This document shows, piece after piece, positions 1 to 14,410 of a stretch of DNA of 64,000 nt. Below the pieces are notes generated by a model that saw only the letters and a list, made by a program, of their open reading frames with translations, was not told the DNA's origin and ran no database searches. A program made the translations under genes and the position numbers. Origin of the DNA: Eledone cirrhosa (lineage: Eukaryota); the NCBI GenBank assembly GCA_964016885.1, contig OZ024753.1, positions 32,798,001 through 32,862,000 of the forward strand, written 5' to 3'. The stretch's first letter is position 1, and every line of letters starts with the position of its first letter.

Positions 1-383
1 AAGGTGAAACTTAAAACGAAAACTGTCAAAAAAATAAATTATGCAGTCACACTACATAAATCAGCAGAAAATTTGCTGATTTCTTAATCGCTAGACATAA
101 AATTAGATTAGAAAGATATAAGAACATTGCAACGCACACAAAACATCTGAGAAACTATTGACTGTGTTACAAATAATCTATTATTTCGACCTATGTTAAC
201 AGACATTCTGTGAAACAATACGAAAGTAGGTTGTGATGGAATTTTGGTGCTTTGATTACATTTATATATATATATAGATAGATAGATATTTTGTTTTATT
301 TGCCACAAGGGCTCACAAGTAAAGTGGACAATACAAAGACACATGCTGGGATTTTACTTACAGTCGTGTAAAAATAGTGAAAC

Positions 384-429
<46 letters not shown>
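384..429. repeat. (GATA)n microsatellite
   Basis: About 11 consecutive GATA units read directly. Confidence 0.95.
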
Positions 430-514
430 GCACATATATAACCATACATGAACCAAAAAATAGATACACACACACACACACACATGTGAGTGTGTGTATG
501 AGAGAGTGTTAGAG

Positions 515-913
<399 letters not shown>

Positions 914-1190
914 AAGATATTTTAAAACTCGCATTGAAAATGAACATAGATAGTAATGACTTACATCATTATATGAATAGTCCAACTTCATATATTTTTA
1001 CAGTCATTGCTGTATAAGTGAAATTAAGTATCGAGGCCTTGCTTTCCCTAAACCAAGTCGCTATTCATGTATCTTAACCACGAAATTGGAGAAAATACTT
1101 TGTTAATTATAGAATGACAACCCTTCATATCCAATAATGGAATGCTTCAGCTTTTTACTGAGTAGTACAATGTTAAACACTCTTATATAA

Positions 1191-1316
1191 CAGGCCTCAT
1201 AAATTGTACATTCTTATTAATATATGCAATTATATAAATATCATATGCGCACATGTATTCACACAGTCGTATATATTTATTCATGTATACACACACACAC
1301 ATATATTATATATATA

Positions 1317-1374
<58 letters not shown>

Positions 1375-1605
1375 TTTCCTTACCTTATAAAATTGTATGT
1401 TTTTTCACAAAAAAGTATTCTGTCTCATATATTCCATGTGCCATTACCAACCTCAATTTTCTCTCTGTCTCTCTCTCTCTCTATATATATATATCTATAT
1501 ATATATATATATATATATATAATGTGTGTGTATGTGTATACATGTGCGCATATGATATGTATATAATTGCATATATTTATACGAATGTAAAATTTATGAG
1601 GCCTG
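1191..1605. repeat. Inverted repeat with ~73-bp arms (1191-1264 / 1533-1605) around (TA)n tracts and a ~110-bp unique spacer
   Basis: caggcctcataaattgtacattc...tcatatgcgcacatgta is the reverse complement of tacatgtgcgcatatga...gaatgtaaaatttatgaggcctg, with a few mismatches. Confidence 0.9.
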
Positions 1606-1609
1606 CTCA

Positions 1610-1640
<31 letters not shown>

Positions 1641-1717
1641 GCATATATACCTATATATACACATTGCATATATATAAAATGACAGGTTTATGAATTTCTT
1701 ACATAATAATTTAGTAA

Positions 1718-1777
<60 letters not shown>

Positions 1778-2956
1778 CTTCCCTTTATCTTTTATTTTCT
1801 TCTCAAAGAGAGATACCTGCAATTCATGCTGCGCCTCATTTTGAAAGTATTGTGCTCATCATCTACTTTAGACTAACAATTGTGATTTTGCTGGACTGCA
1901 TCGAGGAGGAAGGTTATTATTTCCGTAAGATTCTTTTTCCTAAATCACACAGAACCCATTATCGTTTCGAAATATTTGAACAGAATCGAAATTCCTTCAC
2001 ATCAGCACACTATTCGATGAGACTCTCAAATCCTGATGGGGTCATGGGAGCCCTATCGAGCATTTAAACTAGGCGGTGTGTATCTCTCTACAGATCTGCA
2101 CACAGCTTTCTTCCATAGGAAAAAGATAAAGATAAAGCAGAAAGAGAGAAATAGAAAGAGAGATTGATGAAGGCTCGACCTCAATACAAGACTTATACCT
2201 GATTTAACTAAGATGCCAGCTCACCGCTTCCACAAATGATTTACCCATCCTGCTAATACTGAAAGATTATCTTCTTCAGGCCATATCACAGAAAATTTCC
2301 TTCAAATCCATAGGCTTCATTTTTTAAATCCCCAGTTGTCCAGCACTGTAGATTGGACGTCGGTCACCAGAGAACCAACACAAAGACTGCAATCTAATTT
2401 CATAACACAATTTCCAATATGGAACTATATAACTAATGGGAGTCAATTCAAATTAGATTTATAGATCTTCCATCCAACTGAAAGCTTATAAGTATACATG
2501 TAACAATGCATTCTGAAGAAGGAATTTGCAACTCCTAAATACTATCTCATTTTATAATCCTTAATTTTATTGCTTCATTGTCCTGGTGGCAGAATGATGA
2601 ATGTGCTGAAACGATTTCTTCTTAAAAGCAAATATCAAAACCCTTAAACGGAAAGAATCAATTGGATAGTCCGAGCTTCCATCAGTAAATTTATCCGCAC
2701 ATAAACTGGTTTTCTGACAGTTTAGATGTATCTAATAAGCTATAATCTTTTGTTTGTGTATGTGTGTGTAGAGAGAGAAAGAGAGAGAGAGGTTTGTTTT
2801 ATAGATATTTAAAACAAGTAGCATCGTCAAAGCTTCAGATACGACAATCACTATCAACACACACATACAACTGTAGTAAATTCCTGAAGCTGATTGAGAT
2901 GAGACTCTGCATTTTTCCGTTTTCTTTGTCCTGTGTTGAATGTATATATGTACGTG

Positions 2957-3035
<79 letters not shown>

Positions 3036-3649
3036 TTGTATAAACACGCATGCATTTGTGTGTGTTAACGTGGAAAAAATGTAAATAAAGAAATAATTGA
3101 AAGTGTAATCATATACATATATTTAGTCAATCATAGATACATCTTTAAACTATGTCAGCCTGTTGCATAGATTTTTTCCACCAAATTAATCAAAAACTAT
3201 GCAGAGAGAGAGAGTAGTGTAGAGGATGTAGGATTGATTAGAGGCAATGATTGTTAGAATGTGTTGATGGAATCTATTTTTAAATCAACGAAACATACAA
3301 ATGTAGGCGTCGTTGTTATATACGACCTCTGATATGTCGGCTAATTATACAGAAGAAACAGTGAGGCAACATTCTACAAATTTCATTAAATCTAATTTTA
3401 TTCGACAGGATAAAACAAAAAATAAAATGTTTAAAGTAAATACATCAATGTAAATACAGTTTTGTCAAGTAATGAGTTGTTACCCAATATTTTACAATTA
3501 GTAATTAGTTTCAAAGCTAGGATTTTAATTAAAGTATAACAATGACCCGTTACGATATACACCTTAATGCTTTTTATAGCCAGGATTGATATGGAAATCA
3601 GTGACAATTTTATTTATATTTATCAAATATGAATACTAATAATACTACA

Positions 3650-3715
<66 letters not shown>

Positions 3716-4820
3716 CATCACGAAAATTAAAAGTTTATAGAAATAGTTTCCACATCTCACCAAATTATAGCGCTCAGTGCACCAAGACGGTTGTTGTTCG
3801 AATGTTTACCATTAGTTGTTTTATTGTCATACATTCCTAGAGTCATACTTCAGTAAACAGTTTTGTCGCAGAAAGTTATAAATTCAACTTCATAAAATCA
3901 ACTAATATTACGTATGTTCACGTGAGTATTTGAGTGAAGTACTGAATCATTTGTATACTAACTGAATATAAAATTATTCTTATAGATTATTACTGTAAGA
4001 TATACATACACAAAATTATACAAATGTATATATTGGCAGGAGCAGTAAGATGGAGTTAAGCATAATGGGGATGTATATGAAAGAATACACTATATGTTTA
4101 TATACAATAAAAAATATGGGAGCTCCCCTACTGAAAAACAAATAAGTTTTCGTTGTGTTACACAGACATACACGTACAGACTCAAACACTTCCAAACAAG
4201 CATTACATTACAACCATAATTGGTATCATTTCTTTTTTTTTTGTCACTGTTGAATCAAATATTTACAATTTATTTTTATAAACTAATTATCTAAAAGAAA
4301 TGCATTTTGAATGAGATATGGCAGCCACATTACAACCACAAATAACATTTACTTCCATAGACATGTAGTCTATTCATATAACAGCAACAGTAGTTCAAAT
4401 GCTTCCTTTTAAAAGCAGTATATAATTGTAACAACAAGCAATACTTCTCTCCAAATTAGGAAAAATAATACCTGTATACATTTACGATAAACTGTTTTAA
4501 ATGTCTACTTGTATACAATAAAATAAGTTACATATTCATAGAACATTCGTGACGCGGAATTCTAATGTAGCTTAGGTTAAAATTCTCCCGACGATGGTAG
4601 CGGAAAGTTAACGTCTGTAATAGTGAAATAATAATGGTAACAATAATAATATGGAATAAATTTAGGAATAACAAATCTTTTCCAAATGTCAGTAGTTATT
4701 TGAGATATGCATGCATTTTCATTTTTTAGTATATGAAGAACATGGAAGCTTATTAAATGTTTATTATATTGGTATTTATTCACCTTCATTATTGATTTTG
4801 TACATTATTGATTTTGTACA

Positions 4821-4987
4821 AGGGCGGTGGATTGGCAGTGTGCTTTGAAGCATAGAGTTACGTCCCTTTATGATCTGAGTACAAATCCCGCTGAGGTTAA
4901 CTTTGCCTTTCATCCTTACGTGGTCGATAAAATAAAGTACCAGTAATGTACTGGGTAATTGCTGGCCTTGTGCCTAAAATAGAAACA
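4821..4987 (+). mobile_element. tRNA-derived SINE (young family), internally deleted, with 17-bp TSD
   Basis: B-box-like GAGTACAAATCC, core ctttgcctttcatccttacgtggtcgataaaataaagtaccag, 3' end agaaaca. TSD attattgattttgtaca (4804-4820) / attattgattgtgtaca (4988-5004). Confidence 0.9.
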
Positions 4988-5585
4988 ATTATTGATTGTG
5001 TACATCATCGTCATCATATAACTCCTGTTTTATATACATAACTTCCAACTAATATATAGATTTATCTAACACATTATATACAGTTGCGTATGTATGGCAA
5101 AGTCACCCCCCAATAACATGCTGGTAGAGTTTGTGCATAGAACGTTCGTTTTTGTTATTTCTTTTAACACACGTCACCGAATATACTCATGAATATATTC
5201 AGGAAATGATATTAGATATATTGAATAGAAGACTATTCTGTAGTTCAAATTCTTAACCATAATTAGATTCTTCACATCCTGAATATTAGCGATTCAACTA
5301 CTGTAATATTTCCATCTATCACCATTCTTGGTCGGTTCATTGAAATAGGTAATAGTAATATAACGGATATGAAATTCAACTCGAATTGAAAACATATCCT
5401 GCATTTATTAAAAGGTTGGGCTTTTTAGCATTCATTTTTTTTTCTGGAATAAATATTGCATTTAACCACAAGGAATTCTTGAGATGGTTCCTGTCACTAA
5501 ATAGCTATAGGTGATGTACACCACACCTGAAAGAGTAGGCTTTTAGTATAGACACAGATACACACACATATACATAGCTACTTCT

Positions 5586-5616
<31 letters not shown>

Positions 5617-5739
5617 CACACACATCTACATATATATATATATATATATATATAATGGATATATATATATATATATATACACATCTACAAATATATATAT
5701 ATGTACATATCTCCCCACACACACGTATGTGTGTGTATG

Positions 5740-5786
<47 letters not shown>

Positions 5787-7878
5787 GCATCTACAAATAT
5801 GTGAACAAAAAATATATATAGGCTTTACCATTTTTCATATTAGTTTTATATATATATATATATATATATGATACACAAGGTAAGTTTTATTTCAAGAGAA
5901 AGGCACATAAGCAACTTTGCCTACATACATGTTCAACATTTCACTCGCATTAGTATACATACATAAACTTGATATTTAATATACAACGCATGTCATCGAA
6001 AAATGAATTCATAACTCATCAAAATAGCTCAGCTTTAAATTACATCAGCGAACGACCTGAAAGTATTCCATTAATTCGTACACAGCCTTCGAAAATTTTA
6101 TATGAAAGATTTTGCCTCCCAGTTTGAAGCAACGATTTGTCGGAGTAGTTTGAACGTCGGATAGAATATTTGGCATTGTTTGTACCAGTTCTCAGAGGTT
6201 TGAGTTCAAATCGCACCGAAGTCAATGTTGTGGTTCAGCACTTCTGTGTTCATACAGAAACTAGTAGCCCAGTACTAGGACCAATGCTCTTCTTTCATAC
6301 TTTCCTCTCTTTTTCTCAAGAAAAATTATGTTGTGGTCAGACCTGGTTTAGATCCCAAGTCGCCCTTATGACAAGGTATATATTTATTACATACCATGGT
6401 TTTATTAATGCAATTAATAAAGTCAGAATCATTGGAATGTAAAACAGATCTAATATGCGATATGATTGTGTATACGTGTTCATAGTTGTATAGGTATTTT
6501 ATAGTTGTTATTGTCAATGTGATAATATTAAGTACCATTATTTCGAACTTTTGAAGTGAGTCAGTAGTTTAATAATATTTGTTCTGAACAATAAGTGAAC
6601 ACTCAGGTTTCAACCTGTACCAATTAGCTCTATCCTTATACATATAAATGATATTAATGCATTAAACAGATATTACTAGACGCATGAGAATATCAACTAA
6701 AGAGATTTTATACAACAACCAATAAATCCATCTTAATATACGAGTGCTTGCTTCCAAAGTGGAAAACACAAAGCGTTGTCGATTATAAAATTTATTTGCT
6801 AGTCACTTCACATAACTTCCAGTCACAAACTCTCTCGATAATTAAGCTGAGTGAATCGTAAAACTTATTGTCAACTTAAACTTTTAATGAATACATCTGA
6901 AAAGCAAAGTCTTCCTTCCCTGGAGACATCAACATCCTGATTAGTTTTTCTTTCCATTTTTCTATTTTGCTATTATAGGAATTACGGACTATATAATATC
7001 ATGCATAGATGCTGCCTTGTGCAAAGTTAAATAAGATACTCAATACGTTGATAGAGTATAGATATATATATATATATAAATGAGTTCTACGGGATTAGAA
7101 CAGTTTCATTCGTATGAAATCATCATATAACCTGTCTGAGGGAATACATTATTCCAAAGATGCTTAGGCATCAAGTTTCATTCCGGTGCCTTCTGTTACA
7201 CGTATGACAACAAATTAGCAGGCTGACCTGAATCGAATTTTCTATTTCCTATCTTCAATTCTATGTTTGGGTTCAACCTAATCCTGTTACATAATTCTGC
7301 AAATAAAACATGATGAACTCACCTAGTCTTACATCATAATCGGATGAAGGAGGTGTGCCATAGAAACATGTACAGAGCTTTCGCAGAATTAAATGTACAT
7401 TTCCAGTTCGGATTTCTGCTGTTGTTGTTTTATATATATATATATAAAACCTGTCTGACACAATACGTGATTACAATGTCTGGACACTTTGAAATGTATT
7501 AGAAAGTGACGGTCGGATTGGTTTATGTATAAATAACCGGCAATAATTAACCCATTCATAAACTGTATCATATTTTGAAGTCAATTTATATTCCATTTGT
7601 AATTTTATAAAACGGTTGCATTTCAGTTAATAAACAATAAATATTGATTTCGTTTACACAACTCCCCACCGTAGCTAAGAAACAAAACGAGAGATAAATG
7701 TATTTTAAGATAATTACAACTTGAATTAATATTACCCATTACCGAATTATCATATGTGCACTAAAATTGCCATATCATCAATATGTGGGTCCTTTCTCCT
7801 CCCCCTCATGCTATTTCTCTACATTTGTCTCCTCTCTTATCTCTATCCTTCCCTGTCACTACCACTTTCTTACAATCC

Positions 7879-8000
7879 CTTTATTTATCGACCCCATAAG
7901 GATGAAAGTTAACTTTGCCTTTCATCCTTATGGGGTCGATAAAATAAAGTACCAGTAATGTACTGGGTGATTGCTGACCTTGTGCCAAAAGTGGGAAAAC
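7879..8000 (+). mobile_element. 5'-truncated SINE with a fold-back inverted 5' arm
   Basis: 7909-8000 matches the SINE core and 3' end; 7879-7908 is the reverse complement of 7919-7949. Confidence 0.88.
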
Positions 8001-8729
8001 ATTATTTTATTCTCTCCTTCCTACCCACTTAATCTTCATGCACATTCTTCTTAAACACATCCTGAATGTTTCTATTTAACACCATACTTTATTTCTCTCT
8101 GTTTCCCCAGCCTTTCTACTCCACTCTTTCTCTGCTTTATTGAGCAATCGCTATTAAGAAAATTTAACAAGAAATATATTTGAATTTATACAGTCTGTGT
8201 CGGAAATGTTCAATCATGTGTTGATAGGCTATTTGTCTAGGCATTGAACTGGCAGAGAGTGTCGTTAGAGATTCGAATTAAAATGCTTCCGGATCTTAGC
8301 ACTATGAATTGAAAGTCAGCCGATGTCAACTTAACCGTTCATCATTTCAAACCCGATATATAAAACACCAGTAGTGGTCACAATGACTTGTGTTCTTACT
8401 GTGCATATGTGGAAACTGGTACTAAGGTTTATCGTAATTTGCTTCTCACTTGATCAACACGGGTACGTAGAAAGAAGATACCTGCATGCAACAGTGACTG
8501 ATGGACTTCCCGAAAACACCTTAGCCAGTATTACGCCATTGAATGGTACGTTATGACCGAAGTATACATGTTTGGTTGGTTGGTGAGTTAATACTACCAA
8601 TATTAAGTTCTATAATATATATATAACTTATTCTAACGGGGTATTTGGACACGATTCTCCAAAGTACAAAATGCTTGTCAGAATGAATTATCTTATATTA
8701 ATCAAAACATACGCCACCGCCTTCTATGC

Positions 8730-9080
8730 TCACTTATTCCTGGAAGAGTTGTGGGGGCAGTGCTCAAACATTCCTTCCAGCGGGTCCTGTCAGAAGCAAC
8801 CGTCACCAACTGATCCGGCTGGATCTTCAAGCAAGACCAGCCAAGCTCATGGATATTATCCAACCACATTCCTCGGGTGTATGCCACTGGGTCTCCTACC
8901 GGTTGGTTTTGCCCTTAATATCTGTCCAGTGATTAATTCCTGAGACATTCTAACCCTATACCAATAGTATCGGAGATATGATCTCTCAATTCACAGAAGT
9001 AGTGTCTCTACCTTGAGTGACTCTCTGGTCTCCGAGCTACGCACTCTATCGAGTGAAGTTACTCCAAAGGCCATTCGGAG
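8730..9080 (-). mobile_element. RTE-clade LINE, decayed 3' end of ORF2
   Basis: Manual minus-strand translation: GVTSLDRVRSSETRESLKVETLLL*IERSYLRYYWYRVRMSQELITGQILRAKPTGRRPSG, frameshift, RGMWLDNIHELGWSCLKIQPDQLVTVASDRTRWKECL. This matches the RTE C-terminal pattern DRVRS...IERSQLRW.GH..RM...GRRPRGRP..RW.D...DR..W. Confidence 0.85.
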
Positions 9081-9084
9081 AAAT

Positions 9085-9185
9085 GCACTTTATTTTATCG
9101 ACCTCGGAAGGATGAAAGGCAAGGTTAACGCAGGCAGGATTCAAAGCCAGAATGTAAAATCTCAGGACAAATATCGGCAAGAACT
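9085..9185 (-). mobile_element. Older SINE fragment abutting the RTE fragment
   Basis: actttattttatcgacctcggaaggatgaaaggcaaggttaac is the reverse complement of the SINE core. Confidence 0.75.
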
Positions 9186-9431
9186 TGTATTTAACGAAAT
9201 CTCAAGGAGGAAGGCAAGGGGGTGTCATGTATATCGGGTAGTATCATACAATTTAATAATAATAGTAAAATTGACATATTTTGAACCAAAGCAAGAGTGG
9301 GAGTAATAAATAAAATGTAGAATACATATATAAACCTATAATTTCAGAAGAAACCATATAAAACCTTACTGAATCATTATATTTCAACGGTAATGCATAT
9401 ATCACATACGTATACATATAACAATAATATA

Positions 9432-9590
9432 AGGCGACGACGAACTTGCAGAGTCATTTGAAAGTCGGATCGAAGGCTTTGCAGTAAACGTTCCGGCTCT
9501 CGGCTTTCCCCAGTTCCAATTTCACCGAGGTCTATTGTGCATTTCATCGATAGAAGGTCGATAAATAAAATTCCCATTTAATACTGGGAA
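9432..9590 (+). mobile_element. Degenerate older SINE copy
   Basis: aaggcgacg...gcagagtc head, ccgaggtc...tttcatc...ggtcgataaataaa core; heavily diverged. Confidence 0.55.
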
Positions 9591-11294
9591 CAAATCCCTT
9601 CCTCTCGCTCTTAAAACGTCTCTGAAAAATAATTGGATGAGTTCAAATCTTCCAAATTGACTATGGCACAGCTCCATCGGGTTTAAATGCCCAAGACGAC
9701 ACTGTCACAAGAGCAGCCCTACGAATTCATCAAAAATATCAGAGCCGATGGATGGTCGAGTAGAGATTTGAACTGTACTAACTGCTAGATATCAAATATT
9801 TATATGCCTTTATTTAGAATTCAATTCACAACTATTTTATGCTGTATGGAATCAGTAAGATATTGTCTGTTGCTTGCAGTAAGACAGCGACGTAACTGGA
9901 AGATAATGATCCATTCATAGAATTATATTAAATGAGAAAGCATATGGTTTCGTCAGATATCAGAGTCTTTTTATTTTTCGTATTTTATCTTACCCGTACA
10001 ATTTTATTCTTATTAAGCAACGTAATATGTACAATGTACATATTTAGCATATCAATCATGTGGGCGAAATGGAAAATATTTACTAGATTTCTTCTAAATC
10101 TGTCTTGTAAAAAGGAAATATATAAGATAAAATGAAACAAAAGTTTGGGAATGCAAATACATGTGTAGAGAAACCTATAATATATTGCACAATTGAATAG
10201 AGTTTCGAAATGGAATTATTGCACGAATCCTTTACTAAAAAGTTAATTATAGGGACTCAAATATTCTTTTACAATCAACTACTAGGCCGCTGGGCCCCAA
10301 TAGGTAATCTTTTAATATATTGCAATTCTTGCATTGAACACGGAAATAGATTGCGTGTACACACACCCACTCATACAGTTAGGTTAATAAATAGATAGAT
10401 GGATAGATGGGTAAGTGGATGGAGAGAGAGTTTGAAAGAGAAAGAGAGAGAAAACAACGCATATACGCAAGCTCATATAGAAACGTGTCCTATACACACA
10501 CTCAAACCCACACATTTATACATAGTAAAAAGATCCTTTGAATCAAGTTGTTTCCCTTCTCCCATATGTATCTTATTTAGGTAACACATTATTTTCACAT
10601 AAATTTTGGCTGGTACATTGAAATGATTTACACGAAGCAAAGTCAGTTATTACGAAATTATACATCAGTTTCGTTCAGTGAGAATTATTTGCAGCATTTT
10701 AACACCACAGTAATATTTATTCAATAGTTTATCTCAATTTAGAATTTTCTTTTTCGCTTTCATTGCTTACATCCATCTCTACTAAAAATATGGCCAGATA
10801 TATCAATACTTGTAGAACGTGCAGTAATAAAGCTATCATAAAATATGGTGGCATACTTGTAGTTACTCGATGTTGCTGAGTTAAATCACATTTTAGATTT
10901 ATTATATATAACGTTTAGATTTTTTTTTTTTTCAAGAAAGAAAATTAACGTTGTACCGTTCCATGCATTTTCTCATAATTTAATACAATTTCACATACAC
11001 ATAATATATATATACATATATATACTTTCTCTATCCTCTTTTAGGTATCACTATAAATACAGAAGTAAAAACCATCACAGGAAACTGCTTATATTACGAA
11101 CCTGGTAAGAATGAAAGAAAGAAAAAGGCGGATCCTTAGATCGGACCAAGGAAACTATGTTTCCGCTGGTATTTCCGCATCATCATATTTCTGGTGGCAG
11201 GAGATGGATTTGAATACACAATCTATTGAACCGAAATACATACCAAAATACATTTCAACTCACGTTTTAATAATTCAGCTATTGGACGAGTAAT

Positions 11295-11420
11295 TTATGG
11301 CTTCCAAAAAATGAAAACCTAAGTTGACCTCAGAGGGCTTTGAACGAAGGACGCTGAGTGCCAGAACAAATTCTGCTGAAAAGTATTTAACTCGATATTC
11401 AAACAATTCTGCTAATTCAT
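11295..11420 (-). mobile_element. Degenerate older SINE copy
   Basis: aatgaaaacctaagttgacctcagagggctttgaac...aacaattctgctaattc resembles the reverse-complement SINE. Confidence 0.5.
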
Positions 11421-11902
11421 CGAAATACAAAATGAAATTACATTTCAGAGAGACGGTTCCTCTCTCCTTATATAAATAACTACATTTAATCTCCATTTCC
11501 TGATCTATATAAAAATTAATACTGCAGTAAATGTTATAGATGTGTACTTTAGGTAATGCTATGTATGTCATACATCGATTAGTCGCGCTATAATCTTCTA
11601 GTTTTACATCTAATTCCTCCTTTGAGGTTACAGTTATCGATGAAATGGTGGAACGATGTGGGAATCAGCCAGTAGAGTGTTTATTCTGCTACATGAGATA
11701 AACAAGAATTACGAATTTGATTCATTCAAGAATAAATTTAAGATTTGCAGATCAGTTAGGGAGCAGCGGAATAGTTAGTGTTTATTTTAGGTCTGAGAAT
11801 TTCTGAGATTAAGAAGAGGTTCCAAAATAAATAAACAGCACTTAGAAAGGTTTTAATGGGTGAAAGCATTATACACACATTCATACATACACAGATACAC
11901 AC

Positions 11903-11974
<72 letters not shown>

Positions 11975-11979
<5 letters not shown>

Positions 11980-12007
11980 ATAATAATAAATTTAATCTGT
12001 TATTTTA

Positions 12008-12014
<7 letters not shown>
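11975..12014 (-). mobile_element. 40-bp micro-copy of the Penelope-like family 1 element (both termini only) inside (TA)n
   Basis: tagtaataataataaa is the reverse complement of 43684-43699; tttaatctgttattttaataaata is identical to 43588-43611. Confidence 0.75.
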
Positions 12015-12044
<30 letters not shown>

Positions 12045-12372
12045 CATATATATATATATATATATATATGAATTAAAACGCTCTCAAGAGACATCTATAT
12101 TTGTAAATAGTCTTTACTGTGTAATGACTTTTAATTAATCTCGCAAGCCATTTACTCGTGCTTGCATACAGTCTGGGGCGCACTAGGGGAAAACAGAGTT
12201 AATTTCAGACAACTCGTAAAAACAATCTATCTCATATATGATGATATTTAATAGAGATATTATCTGGAATCAATGAACTTTGTCCATCACGATGCGTTGT
12301 GCCATTTACAAGGAATTGTTTTAAAATATTACATATGAATACCTAAATACATATACATACATACATACACAC

Positions 12373-12419
<47 letters not shown>

Positions 12420-14379
12420 CTTTAAGGTGATTTACACTAAGCCACGAAAGCCGAATGTACATCGAATGCTAAATATTATTGGATGTTCAACTGCAAGTAG
12501 AAACCATGACTTGCTTTTTGAATGTAATTTAATAGCAATCATTACAGAACATTAGGCTGATAAAAGACGAAATGAGAACACAGTACTACAAAATATATTT
12601 ATAGTCGATAAGGACCGATATATGTTTATACAGAAATACTATGCAATGGCTTTTGTAGAAGAAATACTTATTTTTGTACAAAATACATCAACTGGTTGAA
12701 TGTTGTTGTTCTTTTCAATTTTAGTGTATAAATACAGGTCTATATGATATTTCCTTGTCCTGAGACAAATGAGAGCATGGAACAAGAATCTCGGCTTGCT
12801 AGAAATAGCCGGCATATTCTCCTCAAAGCACACCTTACTTTAAAAAGGAGATAGTGGGCCCAGGATAATGTAACCAACAATTTAGAGGGGTTTTGCAATA
12901 TAAAATAAAATTAAGAAGAAGGGGTTGTAGAGAAATACAAAGTCTCTGTCATTAAACCAGGGCCGGTTTCAGTCAGTTTGGTATGAAAAGTGTTAAATTG
13001 TAGTAAACTAGAATACGACATATTTTATCCTTAAAGTAGATCAGAAGTAGATCAGAAGTAATTTAAGCTCCAAAATTTATGTAAACTTACAATTTGTATT
13101 TTTGCAATGAATTTGATAATATCTGGTAAGTCTGTAGGAATGCAAGTAATATTTAACTGCCATTATATTCTCATATACTGCTCATAATATAATCTTATAT
13201 TGAACCACCAAGTAATCTATTCTGTCATTTGTGTTACATAAGCAGAAACAGTCCCACTCTTATATGAAACAGGTAAATATTTCTCAATGTAAATGTACTT
13301 ATTCATCCATAGAGGAAAGAACCTTCAACAATATTGGAAGGATGGACATATAAGAAGACCACCATGATTATGTTAGACAAAAGCAAATTCGGAAAATATG
13401 CATTACGTCCATCCTTCTGGCTTATTTGCATATATATTTGTATTGACCTCAGATACATCGTGAAAATATAGTATAACCATATTTCATTAGATTTATCGAT
13501 ATATATCTTTTATAGAGAACAGAATACGAAGCAGGAATATATTCTAATGCATTATTAAAATACTTTGTGTTCGAATATGAATTATTTACTGAAACATAAG
13601 AATGTCATTCCAGAAAACACCATCTGCATATCCTCATTCCGGGAACAATTGATAATGCCGTGTAGGCTTAGCGAAAAAAACATCGTGTTCTGAGCTAATG
13701 AATTTTTTCCATATTTATCACTCTCATACACTTAGTTGCTCGCCAAACATTATTGTTTATGTAATACAAAGATGTATGGTTAATGAAATATGAAACTTTT
13801 ATATATCTAGGCGGACATGTTAGTTTTTAAGTCAGCCAAAAGAAATTAAAAGAACAACGAAAATGGAAATAACAAACTTCCTATATTTTTCCTTTTTCTT
13901 CCATTCAGATAATAATGAAAGTGCAGCTTTCATCAAATCAATACATCAAATATCTTTCCTTTTTTATTTTCGTTTTTCAATCAAAAGAAATGAAGAGTAT
14001 GGAATATTTTAGCATTGATAGAAAAGTCCAACTCAGCCACGTTAATATAAATTAAGCACTGCTATCTCAAACCATTGGATACACAATGTGAACCGCACAT
14101 GCAGATATAACTTAATGCACAAACGTTGAACACACTGTAAATGCAACATATATGCAATAATGTTATTGCCGAGCACAATGGATATTGAATAAGAAAGTCC
14201 ATTGACGGAGGTTAAGTTTAATATGTAAAGTAACGATTTACAATACCAACTTTATTGGGTTACTACCCTTTCAGTGATATATATATAAAAGACAGCGAGA
14301 AGCGAAAACCAACCAAACAGTGAGTGTGTTCTGTTATTAATTCTGGCAATATTACGCAAATATGACCCTCCCCAAATAT

Positions 14380-14410
<31 letters not shown>

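Noticed and set aside
1690-2067. 125-aa ORF with a non-repetitive C-terminal part
   Set aside because: No recognisable domain or convincing splice context; it starts in a TA tract.
13230-13470. Possible small plus-strand exons
   Set aside because: The implied intron is only ~39 bp and the peptide is not recognisable.
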